64,000 nt of DNA from Octopus bimaculoides. Its lineage: Eukaryota. Positions 25,601 to 37,684 of the stretch are shown one piece after another (positions within the stretch are counted from its first letter, which is position 1; each line of letters begins with the position of its first letter). Under the pieces are notes generated by a model. That model ran no database searches. It was not told the DNA's origin and saw nothing but the letters and a program-made list of their open reading frames with translations. A program made the position numbers and the translations under genes. Location of the stretch: assembly GCF_001194135.2 (NCBI RefSeq), contig NC_068985.1:120360023-120424022 (forward strand), written 5' to 3'.

Positions 25601-25812
25601 GTGTGTGTCTGTGTTTGTGTCTGTGTTTGTCCCCCCAGCATCACATGACAACCGATGCTGGGGTGTTTACGTCCCCGTAACCTAGCGGTTCGGTAAAAGT
25701 GAACGATAGAATAAGTACTAGGCTTAGAAAAAATAAGTGTTGGGGTCGATTCGCTCGACTAAAGGCGGTGCTCCAGCATGGCCGAAGTCAAATGACTGGA
25801 ACAAGTAAAAGA
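25421..25812 (+). mobile_element. SINE family B, full length
   Basis: tRNA-like head (GTGGTAAG..GGTTCAGTCCC), CTTGGGCAA core, internal (TA)/(TG) microsatellite, tail GGCGGTGCTCCAGCATGGCC.AAGTCAAATGACTGGAACAAGTAAAAGA. Confidence 0.88.
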
Positions 25813-26430
25813 GTAATACCTTTTGTTTTCTTTGCATAGAAGAATTATACCAAATCTTAAATTCGAAATGTAGCCTACTTAAGTCAAAGAAAGAAGGGAT
25901 ATCTTGTGTTCACGCCTATAAACATGTTTTCAAAAACTACCATCAAATACAATGTTAAAGTTAGCAGGACTATAAATTTGGGCACTGTCTCAGGATTAAT
26001 ATACTAACAATTGTAACTAAAGGTCAGATAATTTTTAGTAGATATTATTTTAATCTTGAAATATAAATTAAACTTGAACATAAGGTTTTATTTACAGGTA
26101 ACTAACTTGAATACATATCTTATGAATCCGATTAATATATTTTTTAAAAAAATGGGTAATCTTAAGTTAAAGATACTACGTATTAATTCAATAATGATTT
26201 AATTTTCATTAATTTATTAATTTAACTAATTTTCATTTGTTAACGTTAGCCCTTTCCTCAGTCAGGGTTGTGTATATGCGTCCACATTATATGTAAATAC
26301 ATTGTGTACAAGTATTGATGACGTAATATTCAACTATGGTAATTAGTAAGCAGTTATGATTAGTTATAGTCTGGCGCACAAATAGGGAATGTTAATATTA
26401 CATATACATAACTATGGTTTCAAAATAAAA

Positions 26431-26432
<2 letters not shown>

Positions 26433-26491
<59 letters not shown>

Positions 26492-26517
26492 GTAATAATA
26501 ATAATAATAATAATAAT
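26433..26517. repeat. (TAA)n microsatellite
   Basis: Visible tandem array. Confidence 0.95.
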
Positions 26518-27042
26518 TTAACTATAATATCTAGATAGCAATTGGATGGCTTATAATTATTTTTTTTAATCGATTAAATACGTTAATGACATTTTGATCT
26601 ATCATAAGTGATAGTATAATTGAGGAATAATGTTTTTTAGCTTCTAGTTTAAAGTAATCGTATCGAAATATCGTTTAAGCTAACTAACGGATATTTTGTT
26701 TTTGTTTTTTTCAACACATTAAGCACGTACGCGCACAAACATTTTAAACTAGTTTCTATTTACGTATACATTAGTAGCGGTTTTTTAAATACATTGGTTG
26801 CCGAAATGCACATATTGAGTCTATCAAGGATAAAAAAAACACCTCGGAATGTAGTTCTTTTCTAGCAAATTCTTCCCATGATGAAATACCTAACTAACGA
26901 TATTTGATAGGGAAATTTAATTTAATTTACTTCAATTTAATTTCTCAAATTCATTCAATTGGACATATCCATATATATATATATANNNNNNNNNNAGTAA
27001 AACGCATTTAAATAAAAGCTCCTTTAATTCCTACGTATGTTG

Positions 27043-27425
27043 GAGGCGCAATGGCCCAGTGGTTGGGGCAGCGGACTCGCGGTCATAGGATCGCGGTTTC
27101 GATTCCCAGACCGGGCGTTGTGAGTGTTTATTGAGCGAAAACACCTAAAAGCTCCACGAGGCTCCGGCTGGGGATGGTAGTGAACCCTGCTGTACTCATC
27201 CACCACAACTTTCTCTCACTCTTACTTCCTGTTTCTGTTGTGCCTGTAATTCAAAGGGACAACCTTGTCACACTGTGTCACGCTGAGTATCACCGAGAAC
27301 TACGTTAAAGGTACACGTGTCTGTGGAGTGCTCAACCACTTGCACGTTAATTTTACGAGCAGGCTGTTCCGTTGATCGGATCGACTGGAACCCTTGACGT
27401 CGTAAGCGACGGAGTGCCAACACCA
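27043..27425 (+). mobile_element. tRNA-derived SINE family C, full length
   Basis: A-box TGGCCCAGTGG, B-box GGTTTCGATTCC, and body and tail shared with the 9236 and 18785 copies. Confidence 0.88.
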
Positions 27426-27427
27426 TG

Positions 27428-27567
27428 TTTCAAAATATATGTACACTCTCCTGCAAAGAAGTAAGAGCTGCTGGAATTGCACATATATTCATCGTCAGGG
27501 AACCAACATATAGAAGCCAGACAAATGCTCTTACTTCTTTGGTGTAGAGTGCACATATATTTTGAAA
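27428..27567. repeat. Hairpin/MITE with 41-bp inverted arms
   Basis: 27428-27468 versus the reverse complement of 27527-27567, about 5 mismatches. Confidence 0.8.
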
Positions 27568-27724
27568 TATATGTCGGAATTAAAGGAACCTTTATTTATG
27601 TGCGTTTTGCTACATTTAATGTTATTATTCATATCTACTCAAAATGCATCGCTTTAACTTGGTATCTCTACCTATAAAACGTGAAACTCAGTAACAGTTT
27701 TTTGTGATGTTTTTGCGGCTTTAA

Positions 27725-27803
<79 letters not shown>

Positions 27804-27806
<3 letters not shown>

Positions 27807-28717
27807 TTTCTCGTTGTGTTTAACGTTTTTCTTCATGTCCTGTACACATGTATGCATGTATGTATACATATAGATGTAGGTATGTTCGTATATGTATGGA
27901 TATATGCATATGTTTATATATTATTTATATTATTATATGATCGAACGCCACGCATCCTTTTCCACGTAAGTTTTATCTTAATAATTACTACTGCGCACTC
28001 GACTGCTATCTCTTCCGTCTATCTCTCTCCATCTCGTGTTTTTCTTCCTTTCTGTTTTTCTCTCCCACCCTTTCCCTATTCGTCTCTCTCACTCTTCCTT
28101 CTTGACCCTCTCGTCGTTGACACGTGACAAAAGGGGATCTCTCTTTCTGTCCACTGCCTTCCTAAAGAAAAGACATGTTTTTTCTTTCTCTTCTCCCATG
28201 CACGTTATCTAGCATTCAAAATAATAAGTTTTCTATCGTCTTGGCTTAACAGGCCTCATTGTTTGTTTTTACTGTCTTGTTCTCACTGTCCTGTTCTTAC
28301 AGTTTTTACTGTCTTGTTCTCACTGTCCTGTTCTTACAGTTTTTACTGTCTTGTTCTCACTGTCCTGTCCTTGTCAACACTTTCACACTCTGCAAAAAAT
28401 TCCAAATTTTATTTAATTTGCTTTGCGGGAAGGACTGTTCCAACGAAGTCGCGTATTGTCCTGGGCCTTCGAAACGGGGAGTAGATGGAATAGGGCCTAC
28501 TGACGAAAGGATATACTCTTTATGTTGCATGTCTCTTTTATCCGTTTGGTTTTTTCGTTGATCGAAAAAAGTTCGTTTTCTCTTTTCGTTTTTCATGTTT
28601 TCGTTTCTCATTGTGTTTAACGTTTTTCTTGATGTCCTGTACCCATGTATGCATGTATGTATACATATAGATGTAGGTATGTACATATATGTGTGGATAT
28701 ATGCATATATTTATATA
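27804..28717 (+). mobile_element. Candidate non-autonomous PLE/retrozyme-like element
   Basis: 117-bp terminal direct repeats (27804-27920, 28601-28717), (TA)n on both flanks, HHR core words at 28438-28510, no recognisable coding sequence. Confidence 0.5.
28266..28367. repeat. 37-bp tandem repeat (2.7 copies)
   Basis: Unit TTTTTACTGTCTTGTTCTCACTGTCCTGTTCTTACAG. Confidence 0.95.
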
Positions 28718-28726
28718 TCATTTATA

Positions 28727-28789
<63 letters not shown>

Positions 28790-28976
28790 GTATCGCAAGA
28801 GTAATGTATGCATGTATGCATGCACATATGTATCTAGACGGAAGATCTAGAGGTATCCGGTTCAATCCCAGTTTTCAGCCAGCAATGAAGCAACGTGACA
28901 ATAAGTGAATGATATAATAAGAACCAGGATGAATAAAGATACACGTACCGTTCGATTAAAATTCGGCAGGAAAGAA

Positions 28977-29032
<56 letters not shown>

Positions 29033-29062
29033 GCGTGTTTGTGTGTATACGCGTGTATATAC

Positions 29063-29119
<57 letters not shown>

Positions 29120-29244
29120 AATGACAGACAGAAAGACGCAGACAGATTAATACGTACAAGCACATACAGTTAAGCGTATGCATTTTCTTCTTTGTAAGTG
29201 CGCACTCCTGCACAGACCCATAGCTACATCTGTTGGCACACACA

Positions 29245-29288
<44 letters not shown>

Positions 29289-30800
29289 TACACATACTCA
29301 TGCAAGCTCGCAGAAACACATGCACAGACAAACACTCGTACAAACACATACACATATGTGTGCTTATTTCACGTGGATAGAATAGGTCAGAACATTATAC
29401 GGACTACATAATGTTGCACCGTCTTATTTACGTAGTCATAGAAATACCAAGTCGCTATGGTTTTAAGATATTGTTGAATCGATCGCTTATATCAGTAGAA
29501 GCATAGTTACCAAGGCAACTGTTTCCTAGATAGAGAAACTGCTTTCTGTCCATTGGCTATCACAGCCGTATTAATTCACATACCTGGCTGTTAATTATTT
29601 TTGTCTCTTCGCATTATGTACTACATTTTCAAATTGTTGCTCCTACGATTACTGTCGGTCAAATGAACATCATGTAATTACGGAATAAAGAACAATAGAT
29701 TTGTATGCTGTCAATGGCAATTCGCGTAGCATAGTGAGTGGTTTGTTGGATAGTATTCATGATCGTTAGATGTCTATCTTCGCTTTCCAGATCGAAGATA
29801 CATACCAACAAATAAAAAGAACAAACTATGCCACGCAGAATACATGTATTTCAGTGGGTTAAATGTTTTGCGAATCAAGATAAGCTTCAACTTAAGGAAT
29901 ATGTTGACTGGAGATAGATCTAATTTCATGGCATTTTGATGATTAACAAATACATTGACTGGCTTCTGTCTCGTGTTACCTCCCACAAAAGGAGATAACA
30001 TTTCTGTCAACCAGGTAGGGGTAGTAGCCAAATCTGTCTGAAACACTAGCAACAATTCTTTTTAACAAAACAACGAGTAAAATTTTGCTCAGTTTAATCT
30101 CAAATATACAAAAGGTACGTAACGGTCACAAGAGTACCTTTGATAATAGGTCTGCAAGTTTAAAGCTGATATGGGCTAAACTACAGCAATAAACTTTCAG
30201 AGTTCAGTTCAAAATTACAGATATAACAACCAGATCAGAAATAGATCAACGAAGCAGCCTTTACTGCAGAAATAGTAGTCAGATCTCCCTGAATTACTAA
30301 ACTTTCGTATTAAGAGAAGAAATACACATTGTGTAATCTAGACATATATGAATAAGGATGGATGATCACAGTTGGAACATCAGGAATAAAATTTTCGTGT
30401 TTGAAGACATGTAGATATTTTTGCAGTTGTTGATAGATGTTTTCTTACTTGTCCTCAAAGCAACCTAAATCCAGCAACCAAAATCTAGTTAACCATTATC
30501 AAAGGCACTCGAGCAACTATCAACCTTTAATTGTCCTTTTTTAAAAATTCTATAGACTGATTTGAGGTATACTAGCTATTTCTAGCCGGAAGAGAGACAC
30601 AACATAGCATGACCCTTCTTGGTATCATGCCAAACGAGAACGTGGAGTAGGAAACAGTATTAATGATCTGTAGGGAGACTATATTTCTTTATGCAATCAT
30701 AATTAACTACAAAGCATATTAAACGTTTTTATAAGTATATTAAATGTTTTTATAATACTGTGTTCTACTGTGTTAGCAGTTCTCTTACATCACTTGTTAA

Positions 30801-30947
30801 GGTTATCTCTACAGATTTCTTATACAAATTACAGGCAGCACTGATTTTGTTACGACGTTTCGTATCAGAGACGCCTAATCTAATACGAAATATCGTAATA
30901 AAATCAATGCTGGGTATAAATTCGATAGAAAATCTGTAGAGATAACC
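30801..30947. mobile_element. Palindromic MITE with TTAA flanks (Kolobok-like)
   Basis: TTAA|GGTTATCTCTACAGATTT ... AAATCTGTAGAGATAACC|TTAA. The arms pair almost to the centre. TTAA TSD with RR..YY termini is the Kolobok signature. Confidence 0.7.
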
Positions 30948-31135
30948 TTAAAAAGGACACATAGACTTTATGGTGTCGAACGACATTGGAGAATTTCAAA
31001 CCGTCTTCATTCACACAGAAGGCAGTTCTATACTTTATTTACAAGATTACCATATTCTACACATGCATTCACTCATACACATACATACATACACATACAC
31101 AGACACATACAAATACACACACACTCTCTTTCTCT

Positions 31136-31171
<36 letters not shown>

Positions 31172-31181
31172 NNNNNNNNNN

Positions 31182-31223
<42 letters not shown>

Positions 31224-31249
31224 TACAAACAAACATACACACATAGACG

Positions 31250-31640
31250 GATTTGAGTTCAATGCGTGTCATGTCGGAAAAGCCAGCATGCAGATGTGGG
31301 TCAGGAAGATTAGGTAGGATGTGTGGAGCAAAGTATAAAGACCGCCTTCCGTCATTCATGACCATGGGATTGCACTTAGAAAGTTCATCTCCGAGGCACA
31401 AGTCCGGACAAGGTTATTTACGGAAAACCAGCTCATGTATACCAGCCTCCCCTCTCCGCGCCACCAATAGAGTTTTGCACCAATGAAGTTGCAACTTATT
31501 TCTACAGCGGAGTGAACTGGAGCAACGTGAAATAAAATGTCTTGCTCAAGAACGCAACACGCAGCCTGATCCGAGAATAGAACTCACTACCTCATGACTG
31601 TGAGCCCGATGCTCTAACCAATGAGCCACGCGTCTTCAGA
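31250..31640 (-). mobile_element. tRNA-derived SINE (family C head, different tail)
   Basis: Minus strand reads TGGCTCATTGGTTAGAGCATCGGGCTCACAGTCATGAGGTAGTGAGTTCTATTC..TTCTTGAGCAAGACATTTTATTTCACGTTGCTCCAGTTCACTC. Confidence 0.75.
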
Positions 31641-31844
31641 TGGGTTAATAATTAATAAACAACTCGGACGCAGTCGAGTATCTGTGTATCATTTTTATTT
31701 ACGTACTTTTCTGTAATTAAGTATTAATCTTGACTCCGATTCTAGATTTCGATCTCCCTGCCACTTATCGCTGTTACAATAGAAACATTGATTTTATTCA
31801 TATTCCTATGTAACGAGGTAAGTTAGGATGAAGATGATACACAC

Positions 31845-32041
31845 ACATATACATATATACATACATACATACATACTTACATACATACATACATACATAC
31901 ATACACACATACATACATACACACACATACATACATACATACATACATACATACATACATACATACATGCATGCATGCATACATACATACATACATACAT
32001 ACATACATACATACATACATACATACATACATACATACATA
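31845..32041. repeat. (ACAT)n microsatellite
   Basis: Visible tandem array. Confidence 0.95.
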
Positions 32042-32210
32042 CTCATCTTAATAATAAAACTCTAGTGATGTTTGTGAGTACCCGAAATAATTTGCTTTTT
32101 GCATATTTATTTTCAGAATTACCTTCGGTAGTGTAGTACATATGTTTGTGATGCTTGTACCTCTATTTATTAAAGAAAATGATTAGACACAATTTTTGTT
32201 TGTTATTTCT

Positions 32211-32241
32211 TGACGGAAGAAACATGGCTTCCGTGACGTCA
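32211..32241 (+). promoter_or_regulatory. Candidate promoter cassette (inverted ETS-like pair, YY1-like motif, CRE)
   Basis: ACGGAAG-AAACATGG-CTTCCGT inverted repeat, AACATGGC, and TGACGTCA at 32234-32241. Confidence 0.3.
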
Positions 32242-33107
32242 ACACACAAACACACATACAGAATGGCGTGTCAAGTAACACAAACACACGTCCGCTATCT
32301 ATGAAAAACAAAAACGTCCACTTTTTGACGTACACACTATTTTAAACTTTTAGAAATATGTTTAACGTAATGTGATTTCAAAAATGTAAGTTGTTTATAT
32401 TTTAGCTTTCTTTAAGTACAATATATTAATGTGTTTTTCTTTTAATTATTTCCAAGTGAATGGCGATCTTTCGCTTTCACTCTCAGAACAGTCATTCGGA
32501 AACTGTCATCCAAGGAAAGTGCTGTGTAGAATGGTTAGAAATGCTTCTTGTCCATAGTATGTAAATTCCGATAGGTATTCATATTTTGTTATTACAAGTA
32601 CTGTTCATTCAAAAGGGTCTTGTGGTGTAACTGTAACACCCTACATATATTTTTACTTTTACTTTTATTCTAATATTTCCCTTTTTACTTCCTATATCCA
32701 TCCTTTTCCAAAATAACTCCGTATATTGAACTCTATTATTTCCCTCTATTTAACTCTCTCATATCATCTGTGATAAAGGGAGATCCCTTATATCCCAGAA
32801 ATAGCTGTAGGACTAACTTTCTCTTTATATTTATAATGTTCTAAAAATTCCACAGAGCCCTGGATTTGTTATCTCATCTTATTTAACATATACATGCTCA
32901 TACAAGATCCGCATTAGACACTACACTCGTACTATTATCGAACCGAGAGTCTAATTACGACAGTCCTCCCGAAATTACAGTAGGATATATATATATATAT
33001 CATAATATTAGGGACAAAATCCAAAATTACAGGTAAAAACTCAATTAAAATCAATTTATAAAAAATTAAAATTAAATTGAGCTTTATAACTTGGTTATTT
33101 TCCCTAA

Positions 33108-33168
<61 letters not shown>

Positions 33169-33930
33169 AAGGGCATTATTACAGAAAAATAATAACATAT
33201 ATATATATATATGGATGGAATATTTTTTAGCATTTTAACTCTGTGCTACTCGTCTTTCATTACCATAGGGGAATTAAATTTCATAAATAAAAATATGAAT
33301 AGTAGTTTTAATATGAATATGATAAATTCGTAATAGATATATAAACGTATAAACATGTAGAAAATGTTGCAAGTCCTTATCTTCAAATGTACATTCAATA
33401 TAATACAGTTAAATACTTGGAAAAAATTGTTTATATACAGCTTATAGAATTTACTTGGAGTATAGAGAGCTAGAGAAAGAAAAGAATAGAGCAGAAAATA
33501 ATAGACAGGTAAATATAGAAAGAGAAAGAAAGGGAAGTCAAAGAGATAGAGAAAAAAATTTATGTGCGAGATAAACAAGATATAAACAATTTATAAACAT
33601 TTGTCATCATATTCAAGTTTATTTAGGATGACATAAAAATCATTTAATAAAATTATTCATAATTGTATGATATTGAATAAAATTTAATTTGCTCAAAAAT
33701 TTATTTAATATTTTAACATGATTTAAAATTTTAACATGATTTACACATAGGTATAAAGAAATAAGATATGAATATATACATATACATACCTACATTATAT
33801 ATACCTGTATATATGTATATACATATCTATACATATACATATATGTGAAAATACACAAACTCAATCATATGTATGTATGGGGGGGGTCTAAACAAATAAA
33901 TATTTATACTTATTCACATGTGTATATATA

Positions 33931-35747
33931 CAGTAGCAGCCATAATATAAGGGTCAGTAAGAAGAAGTGTATTGAAATTTTTATTATAGATTAAGAAAAC
34001 GTTGAGACTATAAATTTTACTCATATTTGGATATATCTAATATCTATCTTTCGTAAAAAATTGCAAGTGAATGGAATGAATATTTCGTAAGTTATGAGGA
34101 AATAAACAAATAGTCTTCGAAAATGCAACGGCAAAAAGTTAAGGGTCACTTAGAAAAACAATGAAAAGGGACCAAGAGCAAAAAAAATCCCTTACAATAA
34201 TATTTTGTGAACATCTCTTTACTATCAATAATCTGACATCTGTTACCTCAGGACTGAATTAATTTCTTGCAAAATGATGGAGTAATATTGTTCAATTTCC
34301 TTTCCAATTATTCCCAGAATTCATCTTGTTTCTTTGGATTTCTCCTTCGCACCCCATCTCCAATAATCTTCTAAATATTTTCAGTAGCGTTGAGATAGGG
34401 ACTTTGAGGTGGCCAGCCCATGAGATCAACCCCTTGATCATTCAAAAAAAGTTTGACTCTCTTTGCAGTGTGACAGGGAGCGTTGTCCCGCACGAAGATA
34501 GAAAGTTGAACTGACAAGATTCGGAGATGTGGAAAAACATGCTAAGAATCTGCTTGTAGATTTCGGCAGTGAGAGTCCCAAGTAGGCGAATAAGTGGACC
34601 AGGGCCAGCAGAAGAGATCACTTCCTATCACACTACCTCCTCCACATTTCACTGTCTTCTTCACACATGTATGAGATTACCTTTCGCCACTTCTTCGTCC
34701 GATGTACATTCTGTCATCGGAACCAATCACATTAACCTTCGATTCATAGCTAAAATGAACCTGCGACCCACTGCTCTTCTGTCCAAACGACATGTTCGTG
34801 AGCGGAATGAAGACGGGCTCTTTGATTCTTCTTGAAGATCAGAGGTTTCTTTGCCGGTGCCCGAACAAGTAACACAAAACCTCGTAACATCCAAAAAACT
34901 GCTTTGTGCAATACATTGACATCGGAAGTGTAGTTAAACTCGCGGAATATCTCGGCAGCACTCGTAAACTTATCTTTTATTGACATTCTAACCTTAATAC
35001 GATCCTGTCTTGGTGAAGTTTTACGAGGTCTACCGGTTTTGGGTTTAGCATATGTCGGTCGATTCTAATGACTTAAAATGAGCTACAATTCACTTCACAT
35101 TTGTAGACCTTCCTACAGTAGGTGCTGTCACAGAATTTGACTTGCCCTCTTGGTGATGGCACACAGCACTTTGGTTTTCATCACAGGACACCCGTTGTCT
35201 CTCACAAGCCGCCATGTAGACAGACGAATGACGAATGTTCCAATAGTATGAGGTCATCAGAAGTAACTGCTAGCCCATTAACAATATGTTCGTGAGCGAA
35301 ATGAAGACGAGCTCTTTCATTCTTCTTGGAGATCAGCGGTTTCTTTGCCGGTGCCCGAGCAAGCAAACCACAACCTCGTAACATCCCAAAAACTCTTTTG
35401 CACAATACATTGACATCAGAAGTGTAGCTAAATTGGCGGGATATCTCAGCAACACTATTCAACTTATCTTTTAGTGACATTCTAGCCATAATACAGTCCA
35501 TTAACAAATACCTCGATTACTACTTCATTTTTTCTAAGTGACCCTTAAATTTTGGCCTCCGCAATTTGGAAGATTGTCTGTTTATTTTCTCGTAACTTAC
35601 GAAATATATATTCCATTCACTTAAACTTTTCACGAAAGATAGATATTAGATATATCTAAATATGCGTAAAATATCAAGTCTCAACATTTTGGAAATATCC
35701 TATAATAACTATTTCAATAAACTTGAGCCTTATATTACGGCCTCTAC

Positions 35748-35749
<2 letters not shown>
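33931..35749 (-). mobile_element. Tc1-family DNA transposon with ~230-bp TIRs and a disrupted transposase
   Basis: TA|CAGT start and an inverted terminus at 35749|TA. TIRs at ~33931-34165 and ~35525-35749. TGRPRKTSPRQDR, RAPAKKPLI.KKN.RARL..AHEH, DNAPCHTAKRVK and WPPQSPYLNATENI motifs. Confidence 0.92.
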
Positions 35750-35787
<38 letters not shown>

Positions 35788-36031
35788 TACACACACACAC
35801 ACACACCCATACAAGCTTCAGTTTGAAAACGGCTATTTTAAACATGAAACTCATACAAGAGTAACGGATTGTAAACGTTATTATTACAATATTTATTTGC
35901 TGAAATATATATACTGCAAACATGCTGTAAACATTATTATCAAAATACAAATTAGCCCCATGAAAAGCCATCTCTGTTCATCTTTTTAAATATATAGAGA
36001 AATATATACATATATACATTATATATATATT

Positions 36032-37684
36032 GATAGGAAAGACAACAAAAGAAAGAAAGAGACCTCGATATTATGTAAATAGAGGAATTTGTCTGTAAAA
36101 ATATGTAACAATTATTCGGTAGCCATGATAAAACTCTGAGCTTCGGATGCCAGGGCGGTAACCAACGCCACCATCTCTTCAGTTATCAGGCCATTGAAAA
36201 TTGCTATGAAAATGACCATTAAACAAAGGGAAATTACTGTGTGGTTGACCGTTGTTAAGACAAAGAGCTAATAGAATGACCGCTAAGTGACGGGAGGGAG
36301 TAAAGGTAAGGGAGTAAAAATGTCCATAGTATTGGCGTAAGTGCACCAATCCATACATACACATGCGCGCCCGTACACCCAAGTACATGCGCCTATATGT
36401 ATATATGTATATATTGCTTGAAACACACACATGCTCACCCACACATTCGTCAAAAAACATATATATATATATATATACCCGTATACACGCTCACACATAC
36501 ACACGCGCAACTCGCTCGCACCTATTCACACGCGCGCTAAAAAGGTTCATACACACGTCAATATACACACATCCCCCCTCCCACAAAAACAGGGCTAAAG
36601 ACAAAATAAAGAAAAGAAGCGTAAAAGTGTGTGAAAACGTTATAAGGGCAAAACGCGTCTATATGCGCACGTTCTCGCATGCACGCACATACATCTATAT
36701 ACGCACGTAGCCGCACACACGCACACATTTGCAAGCGCGCAAAAGAGGTTCCATGTACACGTCTATAGACACACAGGCAAAAAAGCAGGGTGGAAGGGAG
36801 AATAGAGCAAAAATATGTCTAAAAATATACAAAACAATATCTCTATAAATATGTAAAATATATATATATATAAAATATATAAGAAATCTAAGTAAAAAGT
36901 ATAGAGAGACAGTAAGCTTTACATGATATAGAAAGCAAGTCCTATCAGTAATTTCGGTGGCGCAAAAACGTAGCAAATATTTAGCCGCATGTTGGCATGA
37001 TCCGAAAAGTTCAGTTCTTGAATTTAGACATGTGGCGGGGTCTAAGCTGCATTTCCAGATGAGTCATCTTTCCATATCACAAAGACAGCACTTTCCGCTG
37101 CCATTGGTGAAGGGTTTACACTTGGCTAAGATCTTCCGATGGATGTTGTAACTGACACCTTCATCGTTTAAGGACCATATATGACTGGATAATTTGGTCG
37201 TTTTCCTTTTATCCCAGTGCCTGAAGCTCAAGGTGTGATTATTGAATCTGGCCTTGAAATTACCCTCTGTGAAGCCCACGTATTTCTTCGTCGAAACTGT
37301 GTCCTTAGTGGATATAGAGTCCATGGTGGCCTCATAAATGATGGTCTCGGATATGCAAGCCCGATTTAGCGGGCACAAATTTTTATCCCTGCATGAACAG
37401 CTGGTTTCATACTGTGGTTTTTGTGTGTTGTGTGCGATTATTTTTTTAAAAATTGGCAGGTGAGCTGAAACTGATTTTGAAGCTATGTCTGTTGAATAGC
37501 TTTCTGTAACTATGGTTGACTGGAAAATGTCTATCTATCTATGAGTGCTAAGAAATACTTGCCTATATTAAGGCCACTTCAGGTGAGTAGGGGTGTGTGA
37601 ACCAGAGAGTTTTCCTATTTCTATGTTTTCTGTTCTTTATTACTGGACTGGTGGCAGGTGTGTTATTTCTTCGTTGAAACCACT
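36032..37684 (-). mobile_element. Inverted 3' copy of a PLE (linker, GIY-YIG, probable 3' UTR, HHR terminus)
   Basis: RKTLWFTHPYSPEV, CPLNRACISETIIYEA..KKYVGFTEGNFKARFNNHTLSF..TKLSSHIWSL..GSGKCCLC..LNSRTELFGSCQH. The terminal module is homologous to 22730-22925. Continuity across 36340-36950 is inferred. Confidence 0.8.
36122..36191 (-). ncRNA. Type I hammerhead ribozyme motif (A15.1G variant)
   Basis: GCC TGATAA-CTGAAGA-GATG GTGGCG TTGGTTAC CGCC CTGG CATC-C-GAAG-CTCAGAG-T-T-TTATCA TGGC. Stem I TGATAA/TTATCA is perfect. Confidence 0.75.

Noticed and set aside
27043-27115. tRNA genes at SINE heads (also 9236, 25421, 31570)
   Set aside because: No complete cloverleaf, and each continues into a SINE body.
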